Below are positions 1-10,085 of a stretch of DNA of 64,000 bases, piece after piece (position 1 is the first letter of the stretch; each line of letters opens with the position of its first letter). Position numbers and translations under genes: made by a program. Source of the stretch: an uncultured Alphaproteobacteria bacterium (GTDB lineage: Bacteria; Pseudomonadota; Alphaproteobacteria; Rhodobacterales; Rhodobacteraceae); the NCBI GenBank assembly GCA_963703195.1, contig OY969797.1, forward strand, positions 2,127,569 to 2,191,568, written 5' to 3'. The notes under the pieces are model-generated. The model was not told the origin of the DNA. It searched no databases and worked only from the letters and a program-made list of their open reading frames with translations.

Positions 1-866
1 GTGCGGGCGGCACCTCCACCAATCTGTTGACGGAAGGGAACGGCGGAAGCCAAGCCGAATCCGTCGTACTGCTGAACCCCGCGACGGGTGAATACATCGT
101 CTTCAACTTTGGCCCCAACCCCTTCGTTCCGTCCAACATCGCGGGCTTTCCGGGCACCACCAACCTCGGCGAGGTCGATGCTGCGGCCATCCAGGCCGAT
201 CCGACCCATGGCTTCTCGGTGCAGTACGATCCGGTCACGGACGACTACGTGCTCGGCTCCGTGTTCGTTCCCTGCTTCACTCCGGGCACGCTCATTGCCG
301 TGCCGGACGGGCAAAAGCCGGTCGAGGATATCCGGGAAGGCGATATCGTCGTGACCGGCTCCGGCTTCGAAGTGGTACGCGCCGTGCTGGAGCGTTCGCT
401 GGACCTGACCAAACCTTCGCTTGAAGATCAAAAGCCCGTCTCCTTCGCCATCGGCTCGCTTGGCAGTGGCAGGCCCACGCGCCCGCTGCTCCTCTCGCCG
501 CAGCACCGGGTTCTGATGCAGGATGAGGACGGATCGCCGGTACTGGTTCCCGCAAAGGCGCTGCTGTCGTGTAAGGGCGTTCGCGTCGCACATGGCAAGC
601 GCCACATCCACTATATCCAGCTCGTTTGCGCACATCACAGCGTTCTGTCCTCCGAAGACGTCTGGACGGAGAGCTTCTATCCCGGCAAATATGCGCTGCT
701 GGCCTGTGATGCCTCTGCGCGCCTCAAGTTGATACGCATTTTCCCGAAGCTGGATCAGGGTCAATTGCCGCGCACCGCCTTCCCCTGTCTGAGCGTGGGC
801 GACGCAGCTCAACGCAGGCTGCTGCCCCCGCGCGACATGCCCGCCCTCAGCCGCAGGCACGCCTAG
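1..866 (+). CDS. Hint (Hedgehog/intein-like, BIL/Hint_2) domain protein, 5'-truncated by window edge
   Basis: VPCFTPGTLI...LLLSPQHRVL...TESFYPG are Hint_2 motifs; the frame is open back to position 3. Confidence 0.85.
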   Translation, partial: AGGTSTNLLTEGNGGSQAESVVLLNPATGEYIVFNFGPNPFVPSNIAGFPGTTNLGEVDAAAIQADPTHGFSVQYDPVTDDYVLGSVFVPCFTPGTLIAVPDGQKPVEDIREGDIVVTGSGFEVVRAVLERSLDLTKPSLEDQKPVSFAIGSLGSGRPTRPLLLSPQHRVLMQDEDGSPVLVPAKALLSCKGVRVAHGKRHIHYIQLVCAHHSVLSSEDVWTESFYPGKYALLACDASARLKLIRIFPKLDQGQLPRTAFPCLSVGDAAQRRLLPPRDMPALSRRHA

Positions 867-1255
867 GCGGGCGCAGGGTAGCTGCCGTCAGGCCCGTGCA
901 CCTCGTCTCCTTCGAGCGCGGGCGAAAAAACGCAGATAAGATCCAGTGGCGCACCGCCCTCCGGCACCCGCACCTCATGGCGCTCATGCGCATCCGGCGC
1001 ATAGAGAATGCCCGCATGGATCTGGTGCACCGCCCCGGTATCGAGCTCGACCACCTCCCCCACACCGCCCGTGCACAGACATGCCTCAATGTGATGTTTG
1101 TACTGAAGCCGTAGCACTGCCCCCGGCAGCACGCGGGTCCGGGTCATCGAAAACCCCATTCCGTCCGACCGCACGAGCAGCCGCAGGCTCTCCCAGCCCA
1201 GTCCCGATGCGTCCCGCGCCGTGCCTCTCAGTTTCTCCGTCTCCGCGATGATCAT
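863..1255 (-). CDS. ectC: Ectoine synthase-like cupin (solitary EctC)
   Basis: WESLRLL..DGMGFS, YKHHIEA, LYAPDAHERH, CVFSPAL.G.EVH..DGSYP match EctC; no ectA/ectB nearby. Confidence 0.85.
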   Translation of the reverse strand: MIIAETEKLRGTARDASGLGWESLRLLVRSDGMGFSMTRTRVLPGAVLRLQYKHHIEACLCTGGVGEVVELDTGAVHQIHAGILYAPDAHERHEVRVPEGGAPLDLICVFSPALEGDEVHGPDGSYPAPA

Positions 1256-1328
1256 TCCCGTTCTCCCGTTACGTCACGGCCAGAGTGACCAGCTTTGCAG
1301 CGCGGTGCAAACCCCATAGACTGAGCGT

Positions 1329-1937
1329 ATGATTACACTGCATCATCTCAACCGCTCCCGCTCCCTTCGCATCCTGTGGCTGCTGGAGGAGATTGGCGAA
1401 CCCTATGCACTGGTCCGGCACCAGCGCGACGCCAAGACCAACCTCGCGCCACCTGCGCTGCGCGCCCTGCATCCGCTTGGCAAATCGCCGGTCCTGGAGA
1501 TGGACGGTGAGATCATCGTCGAAAGTGCGGCCATCACCGAAGCGCTTTGTGCGCGCCATGCGCCGGAGATGATCCCGCAGGCAGGCACGCAAGCGCATCT
1601 GCGTCATCTTGAAGCCATGCATTTTGCCGAAGGCTCAGCAATGACGCCGATCCTGCTGAACCTCTATGTGGGTCGGCTGGGCGAGGCGGGCGCCCCCCTG
1701 CACCCTCGCATCGCCTCCGAGCTCGACAACCACTTCTCCTACATGGAAAGCCTCCTGCGCCCCTCTGGCCATTTCGTCCTCGACACGTTGAGTGCGGCGG
1801 ACATCATGCTGAGCTTTCCAGCGCAGATCGCCATGCGGCTCGACCGCCGCGCGCAATACCCGCGTCTTGCCGCCTTCGTCGACGCAATCGAGGCGCGCCC
1901 GGCCTATATTCGTGCGGTGGAGAAGGGCGGCGTCTGA
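1329..1937 (+). CDS. Glutathione S-transferase family protein
   Basis: LHHLNRSRSLRILWLLEE, HPLGKSPVL, ESAAI, SAADIM. Confidence 0.92.
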   Translation: MITLHHLNRSRSLRILWLLEEIGEPYALVRHQRDAKTNLAPPALRALHPLGKSPVLEMDGEIIVESAAITEALCARHAPEMIPQAGTQAHLRHLEAMHFAEGSAMTPILLNLYVGRLGEAGAPLHPRIASELDNHFSYMESLLRPSGHFVLDTLSAADIMLSFPAQIAMRLDRRAQYPRLAAFVDAIEARPAYIRAVEKGGV

Positions 1938-2101
1938 CCCCTTCGCGGTCTTCGTTGAAGCCAATGCTAGAGATCGGCGGCATACGCCTTGGATCGCCCC
2001 AGTGAAAGGCGCAACACGCTTGTTGTAAGCCATGCTGCGCGATCGTGCGAATTGCCGCGTTTTGCGTTGCGCCCCCGCTGTGCGCGTGCCAGAAATCGTG
2101 T

Positions 2102-3037
2102 ATGAGCGCATCTCTCACCAGCCCCGATGGCACCCCGGTCAGCCGCCTTGTATTCGGCACCATGCAATTCGGCGGCCGCGCCGATGAAGCCGCGTCGACC
2201 GCGATGTTCGACGCCTCGCTCGCCGCCGGGATCACCCATTTCGACACCGCCCACGTCTATACGGGCGGCGCCTCCGAAACGCTGCTGGGGCGGATGATCA
2301 AACCGCACCGCGACCGGCTCTTCATCGCCACCAAGGCCGCTTATGAAGGCGGTGCCTCCGCTGCCAACATCATGACCTCGGCGCAGACATCGCGGCGCCG
2401 CATGGATCTCGATGTGCTCGACGCGCTCTACCTGCACCGCTTTGATCCCGACACCGACATGCACGAAAGCTTCGAGGCGCTCGCGACGCTCAGGAATGAT
2501 GGCGTCATCCGCCATGTCGGCATCTCGAACTTCGCCGCATGGCAGGCGGTGAAGGCCGCGAACATCGCCGCAAAGTTCGATCTGACCATCGATCTGATCC
2601 AGCCCATGTACAGTCTTGTGAAACGTCAGGCAGAGGTCGAGATACTGCCCATGGCGCAGGATCTTGGCATGCTCTGCGCGCCTTATTCGCCGCTCGGCGG
2701 AGGGCTGCTCACGGGCAAATACGCCGCCGGGGGCACAGGCCGCTTGACCGAGGATGACCGCTACGCCGCGCGTTACAACTTCGCCCATATGCATGAGGCC
2801 GCGACAAAGCTCAGTGACATCGCCGCGCGCGAGGGGCAGCACCCCGCCACGCTCGCGGTGGCATGGGCCGCCGCACATCCCGCAGCGCCCGCGCCCATCG
2901 TCTCGGCCCGCTCCGCCGCTCAGCTGGCGCCGTCCCTCGCGGCGATGGATTACACGATGACACCCGCGCTTTATGCCGAGCTTGCAGCGCTCGTCCCCGC
3001 ACCGCCGCCCGCGACCGACAGGGCCGAAGAGCAATGA
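2102..3037 (+). CDS. Aldo/keto reductase
   Basis: FGTMQFG, FDTAHVY, YLHRFD, GISNF, PYSPLGGGLLTGKY; start taken at ATG 2102. Confidence 0.9.
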   Translation: MSASLTSPDGTPVSRLVFGTMQFGGRADEAASTAMFDASLAAGITHFDTAHVYTGGASETLLGRMIKPHRDRLFIATKAAYEGGASAANIMTSAQTSRRRMDLDVLDALYLHRFDPDTDMHESFEALATLRNDGVIRHVGISNFAAWQAVKAANIAAKFDLTIDLIQPMYSLVKRQAEVEILPMAQDLGMLCAPYSPLGGGLLTGKYAAGGTGRLTEDDRYAARYNFAHMHEAATKLSDIAAREGQHPATLAVAWAAAHPAAPAPIVSARSAAQLAPSLAAMDYTMTPALYAELAALVPAPPPATDRAEEQ

Positions 3038-4104
3038 GCGACATCATCGTCATCGGCGGCGGCATCGCCGGTCTGTCCGCAGCCGCCCGGCTCTCCGAGC
3101 ATGCACAAGTCACCGTGCTAGAGATGGAGAAGGCGCCCGGCTATCATGCCTCCGGCCGCTCCGCCGCGCTGATGGAGGAGAACTACGGCGCAGCCTCCGT
3201 CAAAGCGCTCAACAAGCTCGGCATGGCGTTCTACCGCGACGGCGGCTATCTCACACCGCGCGGCCTGATGGTCGTGGGCCACGCGCGCGAGGAGGAGGCG
3301 TTCCGCGCGGATGCCGAGCACATGGGGGTGGAGCCGATCTCCCCCGCCGAAGCGCTTGAACTTGTGCCGGTTCTCGACCCTGCTGCCGTGGCCTTCGCAG
3401 GTTACCACGCCGATGCCTTCGACATCGATACTGACAGGGTGATGCAGGATTTCATCCGCACCCTGCGCGCCAATGGCGGGCAATTGGTCACCGATGCCAC
3501 CGTCACCACCATCCGGCAGGACGGCCATGGATGGCATGTGACGGCGGGGGCGGAGTATACTGCGGGAACGCTCGTCAATGCCGCAGGCGCCTGGGCCGAT
3601 TTGATCGCGGGCATCGCAGGTGTCACCCCCCTCGGCATCGTGCCGCACCGCCGGTCCATGGCGCGGATCGCGGCCCCCGGCGGCCATGACACCACCCGCT
3701 GGCCGATGTTCTTCGGCGTGGGCGAGAAATGGTATGCCAAGCCCGACGCAGGCGCGCTGCTGGTGTCCCCCGCCGAAGAGGTCGCGACTTATCCCCATGA
3801 TGCCTATGCCGATGACATGACGCTTGCCGAAGGGTTCGAACGCTATCAGGAAATGGTGTGCGCGCCCGTCACCCGTCCGATCGCCACATGGGCGGGCCTG
3901 CGCAGCTTTGCGCCCGACCGGACGCTGGTCCTCGGCCGGGACGGTGAAGTGCCGGAGTTCGTGTGGTGCGCTGGTCAGGGCGGCTACGGCTTTCAGACCG
4001 CCCCGGCGGCGTCGCGCCTGCTCGCCGATCTTGTGACCGGCAGGGCGCCGGAGCCGGACGCGGCGACGATTGCCGCGCTGAACCCTGCGCGTTTCGCCCC
4101 ATGA
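3034..4104 (+). CDS. FAD-dependent oxidoreductase (DAO family)
   Basis: IVIGGGIAGLS, ASGRSAA, VNAAGAWAD, WAGLRSF, GQGGYGFQTAPA; ATGA overlap with upstream gene. Confidence 0.9.
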   Translation: MSDIIVIGGGIAGLSAAARLSEHAQVTVLEMEKAPGYHASGRSAALMEENYGAASVKALNKLGMAFYRDGGYLTPRGLMVVGHAREEEAFRADAEHMGVEPISPAEALELVPVLDPAAVAFAGYHADAFDIDTDRVMQDFIRTLRANGGQLVTDATVTTIRQDGHGWHVTAGAEYTAGTLVNAAGAWADLIAGIAGVTPLGIVPHRRSMARIAAPGGHDTTRWPMFFGVGEKWYAKPDAGALLVSPAEEVATYPHDAYADDMTLAEGFERYQEMVCAPVTRPIATWAGLRSFAPDRTLVLGRDGEVPEFVWCAGQGGYGFQTAPAASRLLADLVTGRAPEPDAATIAALNPARFAP

Positions 4105-4754
4105 ACCGGCTCCCGCCCAGCGCCAGCATTGCTACGCCGACGGGCGACGGAACGCTCACCGCGCCCTCGGCCCTGCGCAACATCCCCGCAATCGTGGCGC
4201 TGATGCGCGAGGTGGCTCCGGCGCGGGGCCGCGCGCTCGAAATCGCCTGCGGCACGGGGCAGCACGTGACCGCCCTGGCAGGCGCCCTGCCCGGCATCGA
4301 CTGGCAACCGAGCGAGATCGCGCCGGACCGCATCGCAAGCATCGACGCCTACGGCGCGCAGAGCGGGCTCGGCAATCTGCGCCCCGCCCTCCTGCTCGAT
4401 GCGACCCTGCCCGGCTGGGCCGCACAGCAGCAGCCCTATGACCTCGTCTACATGGGCAACCTGCTGCACCTCATTTCGGAAGAGGCAGCTTCGGCGGTGG
4501 TGACTGAGGCAGCCCGTGCCGTGGCACCCGAGGGTCTGTTGGCGATCTACGGACCGTTCAGACGCGCGGGCGTGCTCACCTCCGAGGGCGATGCGACCTT
4601 CGACGCCGAACTGCGCGCCGCCGATCCTGCCATCGGCTACAAGGATGACGGCTGGCTCCTCGGTGTGCTGACAGCAGCGGGCCTGGCCCCCGCCGACGTG
4701 CGCCAGATGCCCGCCAACAACCTCGCGTTCCTCGCGCGGAGGCGTGGGCGGTGA
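4101..4754 (+). CDS. SAM-dependent methyltransferase (DUF938 family)
   Basis: APSALRN, LEIACGTGQH, WQPSE, YGPF, MPANNL. Confidence 0.85.
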   Translation: MNRLPPSASIATPTGDGTLTAPSALRNIPAIVALMREVAPARGRALEIACGTGQHVTALAGALPGIDWQPSEIAPDRIASIDAYGAQSGLGNLRPALLLDATLPGWAAQQQPYDLVYMGNLLHLISEEAASAVVTEAARAVAPEGLLAIYGPFRRAGVLTSEGDATFDAELRAADPAIGYKDDGWLLGVLTAAGLAPADVRQMPANNLAFLARRRGR

Positions 4755-5536
4755 GAGCGCGCATGGCCCTCGCCGCCATGCTATTGGCTCTGCTTGCCGC
4801 CTGCGGTGGCGACGGGCCTGCGATGCCCGTAGGCGCCCCCGTTGCACCGAATTTCCGCGATGCGGATCCGGTGGATTTCAAAAGCCCCGCCCCCTCTCGC
4901 TTTGCCGTACACGGCATAGACGCCGCTAGGTTCCAGACCGGCATCGACTGGCCACAGGCCCGGCGCAACGGCGTCAATTTCGCCTTCATCAAGGCGACCG
5001 AAGGCGGCGACATGCTTGATCCGTCCTTCGAGAGCCATTGGCGCGGTGCGGGCCAGGCCGGTGTCGCGCGGGGCGCCTATCATTTTTACTATTTCTGCAC
5101 CACGCCTGAGGTGCAGGCGCGCTGGTTCATCGAAAACGTGCCGCGCACGAAGGGCATGATGCCTCCGGTGCTCGACATGGAATGGAACGCCTTTTCACCC
5201 ACCTGCGCGCACCGTCGCCCCGATGCCGCTACCGTACGCGAAGAAATGCGCCGATGGCTGCGCATCGTGGAGGCGCATTATGGACAGCGCCCGATCATCT
5301 ACACGACGCCGGGCTTCTACGAGGATGCAGGTCTTAACCGCTTCAAGGGCTATGACTACTGGCTGCGCGCCACGGCCAAGACCCCGCACGAGGCCTATCC
5401 CGACCAGAGCTGGCGCTTCTGGCAATATTCGGCCACAGGGCTCATCGACGGGATCGACGGCAGGGTCGACCTCAACGCCTTCAACGGCAGCCGCACCGAT
5501 TGGACCCGCTGGCTGGCGGTCCGCGCACTCAAGTAA
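4751..5536 (+). CDS. GH25 lysozyme/muramidase lipoprotein
   Basis: Lipobox LAAC; GIDAARFQ, FIKATEG, GAYHFYYF, VLDMEW, FWQYS, VDLNAF. Confidence 0.9.
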   Translation: MRARMALAAMLLALLAACGGDGPAMPVGAPVAPNFRDADPVDFKSPAPSRFAVHGIDAARFQTGIDWPQARRNGVNFAFIKATEGGDMLDPSFESHWRGAGQAGVARGAYHFYYFCTTPEVQARWFIENVPRTKGMMPPVLDMEWNAFSPTCAHRRPDAATVREEMRRWLRIVEAHYGQRPIIYTTPGFYEDAGLNRFKGYDYWLRATAKTPHEAYPDQSWRFWQYSATGLIDGIDGRVDLNAFNGSRTDWTRWLAVRALK

Positions 5537-5538
5537 CG

Positions 5539-6033
5539 TCAGGAGATCCGACCCAGCCCCATGGGGAGGATCCAGACCGGCAGCCGCGCCGCCTCGCTGC
5601 GGCAGGACGGATCCACCGCCCGCAAGGATCGAAGTTCATGGCCCGCGCGGCTGGCCACGCAGCCGAGATCACCGCCGAAATCCGGCAGATGGAAGATCAC
5701 CACCTTGCGCGTGGCACCGAACCGCATCCGGGTAAGCGTGATCTGCGGCGCCGAACGGAAGTGGCAGGCATCCCAGCACAGCTCCGCGATATCGGGCAGA
5801 TGCCGCAGGCTGTCCCAGCGGTTGAGCAGAACGATTGTGACCGTGGCATCCGCCGCCTGCGACGTGCCGAGCGCCGCGCGCACCTCATCCGCGCGATCGC
5901 CGATCACCGCGACTGTCGGCGCGCGCGGTGGAGAAAGTGCCATACCTATCACGAACACCAAAGCGAGCATCAGCCCCGCGATGGTGATCCAATGTTTAGC
6001 CGTCCACCCGGATGGCAGTATTCTTCGGGTCAT
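5539..6033 (-). CDS. Hypothetical membrane-anchored/exported protein (start uncertain)
   Basis: Fills the gap between convergent genes; hydrophobic segment WITIAGLMLALVFVIGMAL; four Cys. Confidence 0.5.
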   Translation of the reverse strand: MTRRILPSGWTAKHWITIAGLMLALVFVIGMALSPPRAPTVAVIGDRADEVRAALGTSQAADATVTIVLLNRWDSLRHLPDIAELCWDACHFRSAPQITLTRMRFGATRKVVIFHLPDFGGDLGCVASRAGHELRSLRAVDPSCRSEAARLPVWILPMGLGRIS

Positions 6034-8490
6034 AGGGGCTGTCCTCGACGATCTCGGCATCCCACAGCCGGTCGAACATCTTGACCTTCAGCTTGGTCCC
6101 GACCACCGCAGTCTCGGGCTTGACATAGCCCATCCCGATGGACTTCCCAAATGCGACCGAATAACCGCCCGATGTCAGGCGCCCGACGCGGGTTTCGCCG
6201 TGATAGAGCGACTTCGCGGCCCCAGGGATCCGCATCCGGTCGGGCCATCGATGAGCAGGGTGACGCATTTCGCCTTGATCCCGTGATCGGCCATCGCCTG
6301 CTTGCCGTCGAAGTCTTTGGACAGATCGACAAACCGCGGCAGATCCGCCTCCAGCGGCGTCGCATCCCGGCCGAGCTCGGTGCCGAAGGCGCGGTAGGAT
6401 TTCTCCTGCCGGAGCCAGTTCTGCGCCCGTGCGCCCACCAGCTTCATGCCATGGGCCTCTCCCGCCTTCTCCAGCAGGTCGAAGAGATGGTTCTGCATCT
6501 CGATGGGATGGTGCAGCTCCCAGCCAAGCTCGCCGGTGTAGGCCACGCGGATCGCGCGGACGGGCACCATCCCGAGCTCAATGTCGCGCATCGTGAGCCA
6601 TGGGAAGCGCTTGTTGCCCAGCGCCGTGTCGGGATCGGCGTCCTTGATTACCTCGCGCAGCACATCGCGGGATCTGGGACCGGCAATGGCGAAAACACCC
6701 CATTGCGTGGTCACGTCATGGCACTCGATGTAGCCGAACTCGGGCGCCTTGTCCTCGATCGCCTTGCGCAGGTAATCGCTGTCATAAGCGGTCCAGGCGC
6801 CCGCGCTCACGAGGTAGTATTCATCCTGCCCCAGCCGCACGATGGTATATTCCGTGCGCGTGGTCCCGGCCCCGGTCAGCGCATAGGTCAGGTTGATGCG
6901 CCCGACCGAAGGCAGCTTATTGCAGGTGAACCAATCGAGGAAGGCCGTCGCACCCGGTCCCTTGACCAGATGCTTGGTGAAGGCGGTCGCGTCGATCAGC
7001 CCCACGCCTTCGCGCACGGCGCGGGCTTCCTCCACCGCATACTGCCACCAGCCGCCGCGTCGGAACGAGCGCGCCTCATGGTCGCTGAACCCCTGCGGCG
7101 CGTAGTAGTTGGGACGTTCCCACCCGTTAACGAAGCCGAATTGCGCGCCACGCGCAGCCTGCCGGTCATAGGCAGGCGAGGTGCGCAGCGGGCGGCAGGC
7201 GGGCCGCTCCTCGTCAGGGTGGTGCAGGATGTAGACGTGCTCGTAGGCTTCCTCGTTCTTGCGCGCGGCGAATTCGGTCGTCATCCAGTCGCCGTAGCGT
7301 TTGGGGTCCAGCGACGCCATGTCGATCTCGGCCTCGCCGTCGACCATCATCTGCGCGAGGTAGTAGCCCGTGCCACCGGCAGCGGTGATCCCGAAGGAGA
7401 AGCCTTCCGCCAGCCACATGTTGCGCAAACCGGGTGCCGGACCCACCAGCGGGTTGCCGTCTGGGGTGTAGCAGATCGGCCCGTTGAAATCGTCTTTCAG
7501 ACCGCAATTCTCGGCAGAAGGGATACGATGGTTCATCGCCATGTACTGATCTTCGATCCGCTCCAGATCGAGCTGGAACAGATCCGCACGGAAGCTATCG
7601 GGCACCCCATATTCGAAGCGCGCGGGCGCGTGTTTCTCGTAGACCCCGAGGATCCAGCCGCCCCGCTCCTCGCGCACGTAGGATTGCGCATCGGCATCCC
7701 GGACAACCGGATGCTCCACATTCCCCTCGGCCCTGAACTTCACCAGTTCCGGATCGCGGTCCATCACGATGAACTGATGCTCCACCGGGATCGCGGGCAT
7801 CTTGATGCCCAGCATCTTCGCGGTGCGCTGCGCGTGGTTGCCCGACGCGGTCACCACATGCTCTGCCGTGATCACCACCTGCTCGTCGGAGGGCACGAGG
7901 TTGCCGCCCTTCTCGACCATCCGGGTCAGCGTCACCTCCCAGGCTTCGCCGGTCCAGTGAAAGGCGTCCGCCTGCCATTTGCGTTCGATCGTCACACCGC
8001 GTTGCCGCGCGCCCTTGGCCATGGCCATCGTCACATCGGCCGGATTGATGTAGCCGTCCGTCTGGTGATAGAGCGCACCCTTGAGATCCTCGGTGCGGAT
8101 CAGCGGCCATTTCGCCTTGATCTGCTCCGGCGTCATCCATTCATAGGGCACACCGCACGTCTCGGCGGTGGAGGCATAGAGCATATACTCGTCCATCCGC
8201 TCGTCGGTCTGGGCCATGCGCAGGTTGCCAACGACGGCAAAGCCCGCATTCAGGCCCGTCTCTTCCTCCAGCGTTTTGTAGAACTTGATGGAGTAGTCGT
8301 GGATATGCGTTGTCGCGAAGGACATGTTGAAATAGGGCAGCAGCCCCGCCGCATGCCAGGTCGAGCCGGACGTGAGCTCGTCCCGCTCCACCAGCATCAC
8401 ATCGTCCCAGCCCGCCCGCGCCAGATGATAGGCGATGGAGGTGCCCACGGCACCGCCGCCCACGACCAATGCTTTGACCTGCGTTTTCAT
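5996..8490 (-). pseudogene. GcvT-family FAD-dependent (dimethylglycine/sarcosine dehydrogenase-like) oxidoreductase with two +1 frameshifts near 6200-6240 (or sequencing errors)
   Basis: VVGGGAVG, TSGSTWHAAG, NGWERPNYY, YTGELGWELH; C-terminus continues over three frames: LLIDGP / DADPWGREV / LYHGETRVGRLTSGG...PYDP. Confidence 0.85.
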
Positions 8491-8545
8491 GTCCCGATTC
8501 CCTCCGGCTCGTGTTTGCCCCGTTTTACGCGCAAGCGGTGAATTC

Positions 8546-8596
8546 CGACGCCGGGCCGCGACCGGACAGCGTGAAAAACCGACCTCTGCCGCCGAC
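8546..8596. promoter_or_regulatory. Possible AraC/GlxA-type direct-repeat site upstream of the GcvT-family gene
   Basis: CGAC repeats at 8546, 8559, 8580, 8593 (8559 to 8580 is 21 bp); weak. Confidence 0.25.
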
Positions 8597-8681
8597 TATC
8601 TTTCCTGGCCGAAAGCCCACTTGGCGCTGCTTGCCCAGGTAGCGACGGCGCAGCGCCCGTCCCAGGCCCGACACATGGCCG

Positions 8682-10082
8682 TCAGATCAGAATCTTGCCC
8701 GGATTCATGATCCCGTCGGGATCGAGCGCATGCTTGATCGCACCCATCACATCGACCGCGCCGCCCAATTCTTTGCGCAGGTAGGGCCGCTTGCCCTGCC
8801 CGATGCCATGCTCGCCCGTGCAGGTACCGCCGAGAGAGATCGCAAGGTCGTTGAGCCAGCTCACGAATTCCTCGGCGCGCGCAACTTCCGTCGCATCCTC
8901 CATATCGAGCAGCAGCGAGGCATGGAAATTCCCGTCGCCCGCATGGCCGACAATGGGTGCGATCAGCTTCAGCTCCGCGGCCTTCTCGCTCGCGCCCGTC
9001 ACAGCCTCCGCCAGTTTCGAAATCGGAACGCAGACGTCCGTCGCCACCGCTTTACAGCCCGGGCGCAGCGCCAGCATCGCCCAATAGGCATCATGGCGCG
9101 CCTGCCAGAGCGCGGTGCGCGCCTCCGCCGTGGTCGTCGCGGCGTAGCCGGTGCCGCCGAACTCGTCCGCCAGCGCGCCGAAGGTCTCCGCCTGCTCGGC
9201 CACACCCGCGTCCGAGCCGTGAAACTCCAGCAGCAACAGCGGCGTCTGCGGCAGATCGAGCTTGGAGTAGCTGTTAACGGCCTGCACGACGAGCGCATCC
9301 AGCAACTCGATCCGCGCCACAGGCAAGCCGTACTGGATGACTGCCATGACAGTCTCGCAGGCGGCCGCCACGGTCGGGAATGAACAACTCGCCGCGGAAA
9401 TCGCCTCCGGTATGCCTTGCAGGCGCAACGTCACCTCCGTGATGATGCCGAGCGTCCCCTCGGAGCCGACCATCAGCCGTGTGAGGTCGTAGCCGGCGGA
9501 GGACTTGCGCGCCCGGCTGGCGGTGCGGATCACCTCGCCGTTGGCCATCACCGCCTCGACGCTTAATACGTTGTCCTTCATCGTGCCGTAGCGCACCGCG
9601 TTGGTGCCGGACGCGCGCGTGGCGGCCATGCCGCCGATGCTCGCATCCGCGCCCGGATCAATCGGGAAAAACAGCCCCTGATCGCGCAGATGCGTATTGA
9701 GGGCCATGCGTGTGACACCGGGCTGCACCCGGCAATCGAGATCGCCCGCATTGACCTCCAGCACGGCGTTCATCTGGCTTACGTCGATGCTGATCCCGCC
9801 TGCGGGCGCGTTCACATGCCCCTCGAGCGAAGTACCCGTTCCGAAGGGGATGACAGGCACCTTATGGGCCGCACAGACCTTGACCACATCCGCCACTTCT
9901 TGCGTGGAGTGTGCAAAGACCACGGCATCGGGTGGCTGGTTCACGATCCAGGTGGTGGTATGGGCGTGCTGCGCTCGCATCGACGCGCCGGTGTGGAACC
10001 GTTCGCCGAATTGCTGCTTGAGGATGCCGAGCGCCGCGCCGATACCCTCTTCGTTGCGCGGCAGTGCTGTTGCCTGTCCCAT
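8682..10082 (-). CDS. FAD-linked oxidase (D-lactate dehydrogenase/GlcD family)
   Basis: PFGTGTSLEGH, FPIDPGADASIGGM, GSEGTLG, GHAGDGNFH, GEHGIGQGK, MNPGK. Confidence 0.92.
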   Translation of the reverse strand: MGQATALPRNEEGIGAALGILKQQFGERFHTGASMRAQHAHTTTWIVNQPPDAVVFAHSTQEVADVVKVCAAHKVPVIPFGTGTSLEGHVNAPAGGISIDVSQMNAVLEVNAGDLDCRVQPGVTRMALNTHLRDQGLFFPIDPGADASIGGMAATRASGTNAVRYGTMKDNVLSVEAVMANGEVIRTASRARKSSAGYDLTRLMVGSEGTLGIITEVTLRLQGIPEAISAASCSFPTVAAACETVMAVIQYGLPVARIELLDALVVQAVNSYSKLDLPQTPLLLLEFHGSDAGVAEQAETFGALADEFGGTGYAATTTAEARTALWQARHDAYWAMLALRPGCKAVATDVCVPISKLAEAVTGASEKAAELKLIAPIVGHAGDGNFHASLLLDMEDATEVARAEEFVSWLNDLAISLGGTCTGEHGIGQGKRPYLRKELGGAVDVMGAIKHALDPDGIMNPGKILI

Positions 10083-10085
10083 GTC

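Noticed and set aside
4751-5536. Phage endolysin
   Set aside because: Has a lipoprotein signal, sits in a housekeeping operon, and has no holin or phage neighbours
6195-6245. Programmed ribosomal frameshifting in the GcvT-family gene
   Set aside because: Needs two shifts; no slippery sequence present
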